Below, piece by piece: positions 1 to 12,772 of a stretch of 64,000 bases of DNA (position 1 is its first letter; the number at the start of each line of letters is the position of its first letter). The stretch is from the NCBI GenBank assembly GCA_044892505.1, contig CM097882.1, positions 323,268,001-323,332,000 on the forward strand, written 5' to 3'. The DNA is from Schmidtea nova. Taxonomy: Eukaryota. Below the pieces are notes generated by a model. It had not been told where the DNA came from. It worked only from the letters and a program-made list of their open reading frames with translations, and made no database searches. A program made the position numbers and the translations under genes.

Positions 1-371
1 TTCTTCCTGGTTTGATTTCTTTAGCTTATTTTCCATTGACAATGGATTATTCATTATATCTTTTGCAATAATTTTTGCCTGCTCAACTATAGCAGCATTG
101 GCTTTAAGATTACTATCGAATTCTACTGTGAAATTTTCCAATTTCGAACTGTAAGACGAAGAGACATTAAATTTCTTTTTATTTAATTCGAACATTTTTT
201 CCGAGGAAAAATTCGAACTTTTGTTATTATGAAAGGATGTAAATTCCATATGATCATCTCCGTTGAGAATTTTGAACGGAAATGATTCTAATTTTTCATG
301 ATTGATAGATTGATTTGACTTTGCTATGTCACTGTCAGTCGGAAGATGTTCATCAGATCGTTTATTGAATT
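1..371 (-). CDS. Internal exon of an unidentified host gene, running off the window start
   Basis: Open frame from acceptor ttctag|AA at 371 to position 1: FNKRSDEHLPTDSDIAK...MENKLKKSNQEE (~123 codons, no stop). Its phase-1 start is compatible with the exon ending at 5276. Confidence 0.6.
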
Positions 372-1096
372 CTAGAATGCATCATAATTATATTGCACGA
401 TTTTCGCTATAACATTTAAAATTCAGTTTAATTTTTTTAAATAATCGATTAAAAAAATTATAGAAAAAAATTCATAAATCTGAAAAATTCTGCAAAAAAT
501 ATTCAAGTTTTTCTTACACATCAATACTTGCAATAGTTCAATAAATTTCTATAATCCGGACAATTGAAATTTTGCTGTGTAAATATGCAAATAACAGCAG
601 AACTATTTAATATGTACTGAAAACAAGTTAAATCCATCACCTTTACTATTAAAGTGAAAATGAATTTTTGCATACCACTACTGCTACTCGAGACACTGGC
701 TTAATTAGATGAAACAATGTGCATTTCAGATAAATATTAAGCCAGGATTAATTTTTTATAAGAAATAGTCAATTAATATTATTGGGAATTTAACTAGTTG
801 AATGATGTAAATTAAAACTAGAAAGTTTTATTTAGATTACGGACTATTTCAAAAACAATGTAGAGCTTTGAAATATTCTTTTTAACAAGAATTTTTTTTA
901 AAAGTACACAAAGTTATATTGGCAGTAAATGCAATGATAGTAAATGAAGTCACTAACATCATTGCTGGAAATAAGTATCAATTCTGGGATAAAAATAGAA
1001 AATGCTAAGTACGGCCAAATGTTGAAATTTGTCATTTTATATTTGTTATCGATTTTCATTTCTTGAAAGCAACAATTTGTTTAGTATTTTACAATG

Positions 1097-1113
1097 AAAT
1101 ATAAGAGAAAATG

Positions 1114-1196
<83 letters not shown>
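1097..1196. repeat. (TA)n microsatellite
   Basis: About 100 bp of uninterrupted TA. Confidence 0.98.
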
Positions 1197-1197
<1 letters not shown>

Positions 1198-2299
1198 CAA
1201 TCATTTGTAAACTTTGGTATTAAAACTAATTATTTTACTATTAAGTTTATGTCCTGATGAAGAAAACTAACACTAGCAGTTAAAAAATAACTAATTATTA
1301 ATAACGTATATTCAAAGTTTTAATTTTTGATAATTTAAAATTAATTATCAGAAGAATACAGCGATAAAAATGATTTTACTCTGATTTCTGGTAGTTCCGT
1401 ACTCACTATTTGTTAATTTTAATAATCGTATCGTCAATCATTTTATTAATAAGTAAAAAATCGAATGTCATTTAAATTTTAAATCAATCCAAACTATGTA
1501 TTTTAAATCAATATATAAAAATTAAAAATAATGTTTAACAGGGAAAAGCACGAAATTATCACCATCATGCTGAAAATGTGCCGGAGATATGAGAATTATA
1601 GTTTATTTTGAAGGTCTTGGAAGTAAATTGCAAAATTTGTAATTAGAATTTGTATTGAATATACAAATTTCTGTGATAAATAGATCGAATACAGAATGGA
1701 TTATATTTTTTTTCATTTACGCATTTTATTCTCAATCTTGTGTTTTTGAAAACTTTCACGATACTTCAAAAATATGGAATTTGTTTTAATTCCATGAATA
1801 TTTCATAGGTAGCAACTACTTAATATTAACTCTGTAATAATAAAGCACATAAAAGTCAACATATTCTTTGCCACCTCAGTTACCATTGAATATATTAGCC
1901 AAAATGTATTTCAACACGAATACCATATATTATTGATAGCCATTTATTTTGAATGGACGGAATGGTGTAAGTTATACTTTAGAAGATATAATTTGAATTG
2001 AATTGCATTGCATTTTTTTATATAAAAACATGCGAAATTTCCTTTAATTGAGTGTGGCAGGCTGGAAATATTCATAATTCAATATTAATTATTATTATGC
2101 GTTCAATAAGTATCCCGACTACCCCATAAAAGATAATAGGACTTTGACAATATTCTATTGAAATCATAATACATTATCTATGGTTACAAAATTATAGTTT
2201 ATTTTAATATGCACCTGCATAGCAATGTGGGAAAGCACATTTTAAATTTGTCAAAAAAACTTATGGCAATATATGCCCTCTCGTACCACGATCTGCGAT

Positions 2300-3050
2300 T
2301 GAATTAACCAGATGAATAAGAAAGTTGATAAGAAAGTTGGTTGTCCTTGTGAAATTTCTGAACAAAAAAGAGGAATGTTTGCAAATTGTGAAGGAAAAGC
2401 GCCAGATCATTATTAAAGATATCTCGCAGCGGTTGATTGTGAGTACAGAAGGCGTGAATGTCATTCTGAATAAATAGGAAAATTAGCATCCAAGTTCGTC
2501 CCACGTTTTCTTTCCACTGGGGTACGTGGAAATTGAAACCCCTTTATCCCTGATGTTTCTAAGACAAAATCCCTTGGGAAACGAGTTCCAGGAAGGTGAG
2601 ATCTGGAACATGTCATCAAAAATCATTGGTGTTGACAGTTTTTTTAGAATCAAAATAGCATAATCTGGACGAATTTCGCTGAAAAAGGCTTGAAAATTAA
2701 TTCCACCTACTACAGAAACCTCATGGACATATGCAGATGTAATCCCCGAAAGCGACATGGTCTCTCTCTATGCCTCTTTCGAGGCAACGCCCCAAAAGAA
2801 ATAAGTGATTGTAGTGATTAAGAAAATATATTTGTTCTCTTAGATAACCATCGCTACAGTCCCGATCTTACGTCCAGAGCATTCTATCTATTCAGGCATA
2901 TGGAGATACATTTGCGAAGTAAAATCTACCCAAATGCTGCAGATACGAACTTTTTCTTGGGAGATCAAATTCCAGTTTTCAAAAATGCCTTTTTGCATAC
3001 TAATACATAGCTGCAGGAAGTATGTGGACCACAATGAATCCTATAATGAA
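2300..3050 (+). pseudogene. Degenerate mariner (Tc1/mariner) transposase
   Basis: Fragments KRQIIIKDISQRL, KLASKFVPRFL (WVPxxL-like), FAEKGLKINSTYYRNLMD, LFRGNAP (HxDNA-like) and YSPDL..FYLFRHM, with stops and frameshifts. Confidence 0.75.
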
Positions 3051-3739
3051 AAAAATCTTACATGTCCATGTTGTTCTTATGGTTATAATTAACCGTTCCT
3101 GGTGGTTGTCTTTAGCACTTAGTCCGGGTACATATTGAACGCACCACGTAAATATAAATATGAGAAATAACTTAGAATTAAAAAATATCATCGATGTATT
3201 ATTGGGAAAAATTTCTATGTAAATTTCTAAATTACATACTTTATTCTTTTAAAGCAGCCACTCTTAATATTTACCTTCATTTTACCCCTTTGAGATTTAA
3301 AAAAAATATTTTCGCACCTCCAAAAAGAATAAATAAATAAAGATTGTCATATTTAATAGGATATTAATTAAAAAGTTCAAATTAAAATTGATTAATTGTT
3401 GTTGTTTCCTAATTACTAATAAGTAACAGTTGGGCTTAATTAAAATATACAAGTCAAGCCCTTTTACTCGCACCCATTATGATGTCGATCGTACTCCTAA
3501 GGCGCGCTTGTACAATTGGCTTAATATAATGTTGTATTTCAGTGGACAAAACGAGTATTGTTATGGACGAAATGGTTAAAGCGTAATTTTTTTATCTAAT
3601 TACTTTCAATTACTTTAACTCTTGCGTAATTAAGATGCGTTTCGGTCACTAAGGTAATAGAAAATATTTTAAAGTCTTATATAAGATTTTTTCTAAACTA
3701 TCTTTGAAGTTCCAGTTTATGTTAAATATCAATTGCGTT

Positions 3740-4425
3740 AAAATATCCAAAACATGATTTAATTGCTAAATAAATTTGTGTAATTACTAATTTAAAATAA
3801 GTAAAAAACATTTTAAGTTTTCAATTTTCTTAAATAAGTACCGTAAATCGCAATTTAGATCTATTTTCTAGTTGTGATAACTTTGGTCCTAAAAAGTTAA
3901 ACACCAACGTAAGGTATCAATTGAAACATTTTGCAAGACCAGTTGTTTTGGAAACGCTTTTTTATATATTAATTTTATGTTCTTATTTTTATTTGATTAT
4001 AAATATCAAAGTTCAAATGCAATAAGCCTCTTAACTAAAAATCATATTATAAATAATTTCAATACTCTTAAAGAATTTTTATGGTTATTTTAGGTAACTT
4101 CTGAATAAAAAAAAATATTATCAACTGTAATAAACAATCTCTTTATTAAAATAAATTGACACTAACTCAAAAATTTAAAATATCCAAAATTTAACAAAAA
4201 ATGATTTAATTGCTAAATCAAATTAAACAATTAATCAATTGGTTTGCGTTGTAATTACAAATTTTAAAAAAACATTTTAATTTTTCAGAAATCATACCAT
4301 AAATTAGATTTCTGTCAAATCTATTTCCGAATTGTGATAATTTTGGATTTAAAAATGAGTAAATACCGACATAAGGTATTGATTGGAGCATTTTACGACA
4401 CTTATTGTTTTGGAAACGCTTTTTT
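3740..4425 (+). repeat. Degenerate ~240-bp direct duplication (3740-3960 and 4180-4425)
   Basis: Shared AAATATCCAAAA...TGATTTAATTGCTAAA...GTGATAA...TAAGGTAT...TTGTTTTGGAAACGCTTT blocks. Confidence 0.7.
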
Positions 4426-5275
4426 AAATTTTAAATCTTTGTAACTCTATTCGAAGATAAACACAAAAATAATTAATTTAAAAAATCTTTTGGTGGTTTC
4501 TTATCGTAATTAATTTATACTATCATGATAAAGAAATACTATCATCTGTAATGGGCAATCATTTTAATTTTCAAATTTTATGAAAGTTTATCATTCTGAT
4601 AGCCGAATTGGTAATAATCAGTGATCATTAATAATAGGTTTTAAATAGACAATAACGAATATACAAGTTGACGTTGTGCATCACAAATAGCAACAGCAGC
4701 CGATTAAATTAGCTAAATAATATGATGTACTAAAATGAATTAACAAATAATAGTAACCATTTTAAATTGTAAATCAAACCCTTCAATATTATTAATAAAT
4801 AAAATTACACATTTTCGTTTTACTAATAAGTAAAAACCTAATTAATTTCAATTGTTAAACGCTTTTTATCATTAAGTAATTTTTTTTGTACTATTACTTG
4901 TACTAATACAATCATATAATTTGTTTTTTTCATATTTTTAAAAGTGAAATTTACAATTTAAAACTGTCACTATTATTTATATTCGAAGACTAAAATCCAA
5001 ATTTATATAAGGAAAACTAATATTAATAAAAAACATTACTTTTACATTCTATTCTTTAATTTGAAAGTTTAATTGAATTATTTACGTCTACTAAAATATC
5101 TAATATTGTAAACTTTTAATTTTGTTGATAAACTAAAAGTATTTAATTTTGTTCAATCCAATCAAATTTGTGGATTTATTTGTAAGAATAATTAAAAAAA
5201 TTGTGTATCTTGGTAAACTTGAATCAAAAATTGTTAAATCAAAATCTATTATTAATCAATAAATGAAAAATTTAC

Positions 5276-5654
5276 TTTTATATTTGTGATATCGATAAGC
5301 ATTATATGGGGAATTCATATTTTCCACAGGTGCTCGAGGTCTATATCGATTGAAATTCTTTTCCTTTAAATATTTTCTGGTAATCACTTCGACAAAAAAA
5401 ATATCAAAATTTTATCAACTTACTGGGAAATCTTTGACATTTGTAGTTGTAGTCGTTGGAGACAAATCACCTTTGTTGGTATTTCTTAATTTGGAGGTTT
5501 AATTAATAATTATTTATATCTAACGAAATACCTAATAATATTGCAATTCATAACCAAAATCCTTAATAAAAATATCACAAATTGTTTTTAAATCGTTTTC
5601 GAATTTGTTTAAATAATCAAAGAGTATTGGAATAAACAAATATTTGATACAATT
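5276..5654 (-). CDS. Three small exons (5654-5555, 5484-5424, 5376-5276) of an unidentified host gene
   Basis: GT-AG introns of 70 and 47 nt splice into one open frame: NCIKYLFIPILFDYLNKFENDLKTICDIFIKDFEIPTKVICLQRLQLQMSKISQKYLKEKNFNRYRPRAPVENMNSPYNAYRYHKYK. The GTAAGT donor at 5423 is strong; the GTTATG donor at 5554 is weak. Confidence 0.5.
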
Positions 5655-6229
5655 CTTTGATTTAATTTAATTAAAATTATTCATTTTAAAAAGTCAATTT
5701 TGTAAATTTTTCATTTTATAGTTTCAATTCAATTCTATTGAATTTTTAATTTCATTAAGAAAAATACTTTTGATATTCATTTTTATTAAAAATTATTGCT
5801 TTTTAATTTTTAATTTATAAATATTGGAAATTTTTATTGTGAATAGTAATGAAAAATGTTCTAACTAATAATGTAATTTTCCTTAATAAGATTATGTATA
5901 TCAGAAGTGGCAAAAATTTTGATCATGACGGACGACCAGCTTTTAAAATTATTGGTGGCGATCTACTAGCATCTTATATATTAAGTGATCATAAGAAAAA
6001 ATAGTAATTTAAAGCCAAAAAAAGTTTAAATTTAAGATGAACATAGATAATACCAATATCTATTCAACCTTAAGTTACTTAAATAACAGAAATTAATGAT
6101 TACTTCACAAAAACATAAAATAGTTTATAAACGACAGCATCATGTTCTTTTATTTTAATTTTATTAATGTTAACAATGTGCTTGTAAATATTGACTATTA
6201 TTATGTCGTATCAGAAGACGCGCTGTAAA

Positions 6230-7130
6230 TATGGCATTTCATATTTTCAGCAAGTCGTCTTGTCATATTGTTGTTCATATGTACTTACAGCTGTCCGTAA
6301 ACAAATTACCAAATGGTTATCTGTCAAACGGGAGTGATGTTTTGTTTTGATTACATTTATGGTAGAAAATATTACTTCGCACAGTTAAGTATAGCCGTAA
6401 AAGGTTATTAAATATGCGACACATCTTCATAAACATGGATAATTATTCTTCAAAAGTAAATTCTAATTACAATTTTTGACAAGAAGTTCTTGATTTCAAA
6501 ATTATAATGCATTTTAGGTTAAAAATTTCATCCTCAACTACTATTAGGTCTACATTCAAAGGTTCTTTTAATTTTATTAATATTTCTTTTATTTGTATTT
6601 TGTCATTGAATGAGAATGATATGGATAATATTATATCTTCTATTTTTGAAACATTTTTAAATTTTCTATTCAAACTCATTTCGAAAGCAGAGACATCTTA
6701 CTAGCATATTGAATATATTTATCTAAGTTTCAATCTTTAGATTTGCCTGCCATATTTTCTAGATGTTTTAAATCCCTTCTACTTAATTAAAAATTTCTTG
6801 TTTTGTAAATTCCAAAAATCATCGGAAAATAAATTCCAACGGCTACGCAACATTCCATTCGACAAAGGTCGATCACAGAAGATTTTCTGTACCTGATATG
6901 TATATTGATCTCCAAGTGGGAATAATAAATCTCCTTCACTAAAACCCATGTTATAAATTGCAAGATTATTTGATTTATAAGGGCTTACTAATTCGTTTTG
7001 ATAGAAATCTTCACCCTGGAAGCTTCACTCAGCTTAATAAGTCAATAATAATATAAATTACCAGTAAACTCAGTTGCTTGAGAAATTTTTTTCCAAAAGA
7101 AGTTATCTAAAATCGATAACTACAAAATGG
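6230..7130 (-). pseudogene. Degenerate hAT transposase C-terminus (GTF2IRD2/SPIN-like)
   Basis: NYPCL*RCVAYLITFYGYT*LCEVIFSTINVIKTKHHSRLTDNHLVICLRTAVS matches the FGSTYxCExxFSxMxxIKxKxRSRLTDxHLxxCLR dimerisation motif. Confidence 0.75.
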
Positions 7131-7764
7131 AAATTCAATTTCCATAACAGAAATTATTCAATAAAATTCCAAGAATTTTAGCTTTCCGTTTGATATAGAT
7201 TTCAGTTTTCCTTAAAATTAGTCTTTTACCCGAATACGGAATGACAAACATTCGACCCCTAACATAAAAAGTTAAAAATAATCTACACATCAATTTAAAT
7301 ATCGAAAAAATGCAAGGTCCTTACTTTAATAAATTTTGACAAATAACCGTTGCCATTGTCAAGGCCGCCGCAAATTTTTTAAATGCTAAATTTTAAATAA
7401 AAAATTATATCACAAATTTTGAGCAAGATAGACATTAGTATAGGGGATAAGTAGAATTTAGTTAAATTTACTAACACAAACATAGAGAAAATTACAAACA
7501 TCAGGAAAATAATGGTAGTTTAGTCAAAAACAATAGAAATCAAATACCCCGAATATAGGTGTTGATAAAAGATTATTCGATCCCCGAATTGAGATTGCGA
7601 TGATATGCTTGATTATGAGCTTGCGAATAAAGATGGATGCATGAAAATTCTTGGGTCTTGAAATAATACCGTGTATAATGGTTGATTGGGGCAAATTAAT
7701 AAATTTTTATCTAACAAATTATTTTATTTGGGTAATTTTCAATAGAACTCCGTATCTAAATCAC

Positions 7765-8005
7765 GTAGGAAGGGACCAAATAGGCATTACACCTTCTATC
7801 GGTAGCCCTTGGACCCCGGAGATATTCGGTCAATCATAGTTTCGAATTTTCGACGTTCACTGATTGCGAATACCCACCCATTTGTAGCATTACCAACGTT
7901 ATAGTGTGACGGGCAACAAGATGGTTATTTCAATGTTTTGTATGTTGAGTTGTTGATGTGAGTCATAGCAACGTCAAGGTCATACTGACGATCAACAACC
8001 CACCA
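7765..8005 (+). mobile_element. 3-prime structured terminal module (E1) of the TG...CA coding-LTR family
   Basis: ACCTTCTATCGGT (7791)...CATTACCAAC...TTTTGTATGT...CAACAACCCACCA end; clearly homologous to 8895-9135. Confidence 0.7.
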
Positions 8006-8894
8006 GAAGATAGAAATATAGATCAATATTATAAAAGTTAGGGTAAATTATCTAGACAAAAAGAGGGGGGGTCCCGAATTTGCTTAAATCCTCGAAACAA
8101 ATTTAATTGGATAATAAAATTTTGAATAGACCGACATGAAAAACTGGTATCAGTCTATACCTTAAAAACTTGTAAACTTCCGATCCGTTCCCAATAACTA
8201 CTGACTCGGCCAAAGTTTATAATATTATTTTAGTTTTATAATTTATTGAATTAAAATTTAAATCAAAATCAGTTATACTGTTCTATTAAAGGGGATCCAA
8301 AACTAAATGATTATTTTAAAATTAAAAAAGATAAAACTTAAAAATTTATTAGTGATGACCAGAAGTGCCGTTAAAGATTGGTAAATCCTGAACCAAATAC
8401 CGTAAAATAGTGAATTTTACCAAAAATCAATAAGTGCACTGGGTCGAGTCGTGAACAAATGATCTGAGTCGATAATATGTTGGGACATGCGTATGGAAAA
8501 CTAGTTATGTTTTGACGTGGTAAGGTATAACTAAAATTGTTTTCTGGGGAATAAATATTTCGATGATCACGATTGAGTAAATGTTCATTTTAGAGGGTGC
8601 TGTTCGAATAAAGTAATACCGGATTATATCTAGGGGTTGGTGAAATTAGGAGACGAACAGTATCTCGAGAAATCTGAAGGACTTTAATACGTTTAGGACG
8701 GATGATTTTATTGATTTTGTTCTGTTTACTATCGTGTTATGTGTATTTCAGATGGATTCTTGTACGAATTAGGTTGTGTAAATGTTTTAATGTTGGAATT
8801 ATCCATTTTGATGTAGAAATAAATTCTAATCGATATAAATTACTGATTTTAAATTGTTGATTAGAATCTTATTGAATGTTCATAGATAAATAGT

Positions 8895-9135
8895 TGGATA
8901 AGGGACAAAATGGACATTAAACCTCCTATCGGTAGCCCGTGAATCCAGGAAATGTTCGGTCAATCATAGTTTCGAATTTTCGACACTCGTTGATTTCGAA
9001 TATCCACATATTTGTTACATTACCAACGTTAAATTGTGACGGGCAACAAGATGGTTAAACTAGTGTTTTGTATGTTAAGTTGTTGATGTGAGCCATAACA
9101 ACGTCAAGATCATGTTGACGGTCAACAACCCACCA
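8895..9135 (+). mobile_element. 3-prime structured terminal module (E2) of the TG...CA coding-LTR family
   Basis: ACCTCCTATCGGT (8921)...CATTACCAAC...CAACAACCCACCA; direct repeat of E1 with scattered substitutions. Confidence 0.7.
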
Positions 9136-9225
9136 ATTGTAATAATTTTTTTATAATTAATATTATATAATTATTATCAATAATTCTCATAATGACTATA
9201 GATCAAAATTTTTTTTTTATAAACA

Positions 9226-9265
9226 ATAACACAATATTTCGGCACGGCCTTTATCAAGTGTGTAT
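9226..9265 (-). ncRNA. Minimal type I hammerhead ribozyme, U3-A8 core variant (PLE pLTR)
   Basis: ATACACAC-TTGATAA-A-GGC(CGT)GCC-GAAA-TATT^GTGTTAT. Stem I is ACAC/GTGT plus ATA/TAT, stem II is GGC/GCC, and stem III is the palindrome ATAT. It lies 90 nt downstream of the PLE stop codon. Confidence 0.8.
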
Positions 9266-9356
9266 CTTAATCGTTATATTAACTTAATCCTAAATAGTAA
9301 CCTTAATTATTTAGTTTATATTTTATAATGATTTTATTGGATGAAAAAAATTTATT

Positions 9357-10880
9357 TTAATTTTTTTGTGCGAATTGAATGTTGATGGGCGGTTTGTATT
9401 TTTTTATGTAAAAAGTCTCGGAAGCTAATCTTTGTAATGAATTTTTGAATCCCTCTTGTAGAATCTGGCATTTTGTTTCTTCTATAGATGGCGTTGTTTT
9501 GTGTACTTTCTTCCAGTGTTCGTAATAATTACTGGTTTTGTTTTTAGTGTGTTCATTAAGTCGGGTGCGAAAAGTTCTATGTGTTTCTCCTATGTAAGTA
9601 GCGTCACATTTTTGGCAAGAAAGTTTATATACTACATTTTTGGAAAAGCAAAAGCATCGGGTTGTGGAACGGCAAAGACATTTATGTTTGGAGATGTTGG
9701 AAATTGGTGGCTTTCGGAGTTGTGATTTTAACGGTGCGGAGGTTATGAACGTTGGACGGATGTGGATAGGCAAATCTGTTTGATTAAAAATGTTGGTGAT
9801 TTTGTTGGCTGTAGTGTCATTTAGGAAAGGTAATCTTAGATATGTTGTGTGTTTGTTATTGTTATTGTGTTTCTGGCGTTTCCTATTGTTGCGTTTATTG
9901 TGGTATGATTCGTTAAGGAAGTATTTCTTTACAAAGTCTTCAGGGTATCCATTTTGGAGGAATCGTATTTTGAAATTTTCTAATGTTTCTTGTATTTTGT
10001 TTGCGTCTGAACAGTTTCTTATGGCTCTTTTTCTTTCTCCTATTAGTAATGCGATTTTGAGTTGAAGTGGAACGTAGCTTTTCCATGGGAGGATATGACC
10101 ACTATGTAAACTTTTAGAATATAGCTCGGTGCTTACATTTAGTGTATCTTGGCCTTTTGTGAAACTTACCATGGTATCTAAAAACGGTATTTTACCTTCT
10201 GTGTTCGGTGTTTCAAAAGTGAATTGTATGTTGGTGTTAGTAAAATTTGCGTGTGATAGGATTTGATTGAGAGGGATTGTGGAGACTATGAAGATGTCGT
10301 CGATGTATCGTTTCCAGAAAAGTATTTTGTCCCTAAAAAAAGATATGATCTTAGATTCTATAAAGTTCATGTAGAAGATGGCTAAGATGGGAGAAAGGTT
10401 ATTACCCATGGCTAATCCATGAATTTGTTTGAATGGTTTTTCTTTAATTATGACAGTATCTGAATTTATTGCTAATTTTAGAAGTTCTATAAAGTCTTGT
10501 TTAGTTAAGTGTGCGAGGTCAGTATTGGCTTTATGAGTTTCAAAGAAAGAAGCTGCGATATCGAAAATGTTATTCTCTCCGTGAAGAGGAATAGATCCGT
10601 AAAGATTGGAAACATCAAGAGATCCCCAGAAGTACTGTTGTCCTGCGTTTAACGGAAGAGACGTATTTGTAATTTCGGAGACGAATTCAGTTGTGTTTTT
10701 AAGATGAGAAGGAACCAAAGGCAAAAGTGTTTTTACGATTTCTGAAAGAACTTTAGAAAGTGTTGTGGAAGGAGTGTCAACTGCAGATACAAGAGGTCTG
10801 CCTTTTAAAGGACTTTTGTGGTCTTTAGGTAACATAGTCATATTACTAGGTAAGGGCTCACTAAAACTATAAGTGACCAA
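9357..10880 (-). CDS. Penelope-like reverse transcriptase with C-terminal GIY-YIG endonuclease (507 aa, N-terminally truncated)
   Basis: LPKDHK..RP.VS, LDVSNLYGSIP, GLAMGNNLSP, WKRYIDDIF, IQFTFE, IPFLDT; Cys-rich linker KCLC-RSTTR-CFC; NVVYKLSCQKCDATYIGETHRTFRTRLNEH. Confidence 0.96.
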   Translation of the reverse strand: MVTYSFSEPLPSNMTMLPKDHKSPLKGRPLVSAVDTPSTTLSKVLSEIVKTLLPLVPSHLKNTTEFVSEITNTSLPLNAGQQYFWGSLDVSNLYGSIPLHGENNIFDIAASFFETHKANTDLAHLTKQDFIELLKLAINSDTVIIKEKPFKQIHGLAMGNNLSPILAIFYMNFIESKIISFFRDKILFWKRYIDDIFIVSTIPLNQILSHANFTNTNIQFTFETPNTEGKIPFLDTMVSFTKGQDTLNVSTELYSKSLHSGHILPWKSYVPLQLKIALLIGERKRAIRNCSDANKIQETLENFKIRFLQNGYPEDFVKKYFLNESYHNKRNNRKRQKHNNNNKHTTYLRLPFLNDTTANKITNIFNQTDLPIHIRPTFITSAPLKSQLRKPPISNISKHKCLCRSTTRCFCFSKNVVYKLSCQKCDATYIGETHRTFRTRLNEHTKNKTSNYYEHWKKVHKTTPSIEETKCQILQEGFKNSLQRLASETFYIKKYKPPINIQFAQKN

Positions 10881-11414
10881 AGGACAAAGACTAAGGTATA
10901 AACATTAAATTTATATTAAAATTCATCTAAAAAATAATTATAAATAAATTATCACAATTACCAAAAACACTTTTAAATGAAATATTAACAGTATCTAATG
11001 AAAAGGTCATACTATGAAACATACACATGAAGAATAAGAAACTAGAAAAAGGAAAAATTTTGACTTAAATATATTTAAATTAATACACTTATATTATTAA
11101 AATTGATATTTAATAACAAGATCATTAATTTTCTTTCATTGCTCAATAATATTCTATATAGATAGTCATTTATTCTAAATTATTTTATATTTAAATATAG
11201 TTCAATTATTGTTTAGAATTTAGAAAATTGCAAGTTTTTGATTTTCAATTTTTATACTGATTTTTAAAGTAATTTAATATTTTAAATATTCAATAAAAAT
11301 TGTTTCACTTTATGTAATGCTTCAAAGAAAGATTTATTTTAAAATAAATCTATATATACTGTGACTTACATTTTGAAATAAATAATAATCTACATTTCAA
11401 ACAAAGTCATTACA

Positions 11415-11951
11415 ATGGTTCTCGACGCAAATTACAAAGAAATAATTAAAAAATATTCCCGAAGTGAATTACAAAACAATTTACAAAAGATATATTTTAA
11501 GAAATGCAAAAAAGTTGTTTTTCGAGATTTTGCGATGGTTATGTTTTTAATTTTGATATATTTCCACAAATCCACTTTTTCTGAGTTATTATTTATAATT
11601 TATCGATTTGTGCTAGCAAATGTCATGAACCCTTATATAGTTGATATTTATAATGCAATTAATTCCGATTGCATATTAGCTAATCCGAATCATATAACTG
11701 TGTCCAAGTCTAATAATTTTTTATCAGCCAAAATTGATTTATTACATTTCGAAGAAGATGATTTATCTGTTATTAAATTTGAACAAATAACTCTCGTAGA
11801 AAAGAATTTGATCAAAATAAATTTTACCTTGAATGATTGGACAATTGTAAACAATTCGGTATCAGCAGCTCACATTTTTAATTTATATAAAGCTGACAAA
11901 GAAATCAAATCGTATTTAGTTTGTGATCTACAGTCTAATTTGCTACTGGAA
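11415..11951 (+). CDS. Exon 1 of a C6orf89/BRAP-like membrane-anchored cupin-family protein gene
   Basis: ATG-initiated, with a hydrophobic segment (FAMVMFLILIYF), DCILANP, INFTLNDW and IFNLY...VCDLQSNL. Ends at a GAA|GTAAGT phase-0 donor that joins in frame to 19238. Confidence 0.75.
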
Positions 11952-12772
11952 GTAAGTATTATTTATAAATTGGTCTTATTTTCTATAAATTATAACAATT
12001 CCGTATAAATATATATTCTAAAGTGATGTTACTTCATCTATTATACTCCAATCATGCGATTTCAATGGGACGCGATTGATAAAAGTGAAAATAGTCATAC
12101 AACTCGATAAAATTGTAATATTTAGTATACATAGGTTTTTTGAAATTTAATCTTGCATGAATTTCAAAGGGAATGTCAAATATAAATATGTTTATTTACT
12201 TAGTTATTCCGAGTCGCGAGCTTATTTGCAAAACGTTTTTATATTGATGTTTAAGAGAAATATCAAATTAATTTATTCCGTTAGTTTTCCGGTGATTCTC
12301 CGCATTTGTATTACATAATTTTGTATTTGATTTGGTTATTAGAAAGTAATTTGTTTGCTTACCCAAATTTTTGTATGGAATAAATGACTCCCACAACGTG
12401 ACCTTTTCCTGAAACGAATTTAATGCGGTGTAAGAAGCTTACCAGTGTATTATTTTACAATAAAAAAAGCAACTAACATTAGAAGGCTATTAATAAATCT
12501 TATTTGAATCTGGTCGAACCTTTGAGTGAAAACGAGTTTATATACTATTATGTCTAAGCCAAAAAATTTTTACCTACATATCTCAAGGAACAAAACGATG
12601 AACTGTGATTCCGTTTGGTACCTTTACTCGATTTACTCTAATGTGAAATAGTATTTACGTAACAAAAAAACATAAAAATAAAAACACGTGATTTGGAAGA
12701 ATATATTTATTAAAGCTTGATCACACATATTTCCAATTAACACACTATACAATGACAAATAAATTAATCGAG

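Larger units (their letters stand above)
9194..10880 (-). mobile_element. Penelope-like retroelement, 5-prime truncated, with 3-prime pLTR
   Basis: RT-EN ORF followed by a short 3-prime region containing a hammerhead motif. That region recurs at 15564-15635. Confidence 0.93.

Noticed and set aside
1252-1275. CTGATGAAGAAAAC hammerhead-like core
   Set aside because: No stem II between CTGATGA and GAAA, and no stem I/III pairing.
9501-10065. Plus-strand ORFs of 74 and 91 aa
   Set aside because: Antisense shadows of the PLE RT-EN ORF.
10840-10920. Possible retained intron or longer N-terminus of the PLE
   Set aside because: AG sites exist but no upstream PLE exon was found; simple 5-prime truncation explains it.
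11952-12008. C-terminal tail of the 197-aa ORF
   Set aside because: It begins with a perfect GTAAGT donor and is intron read-through.
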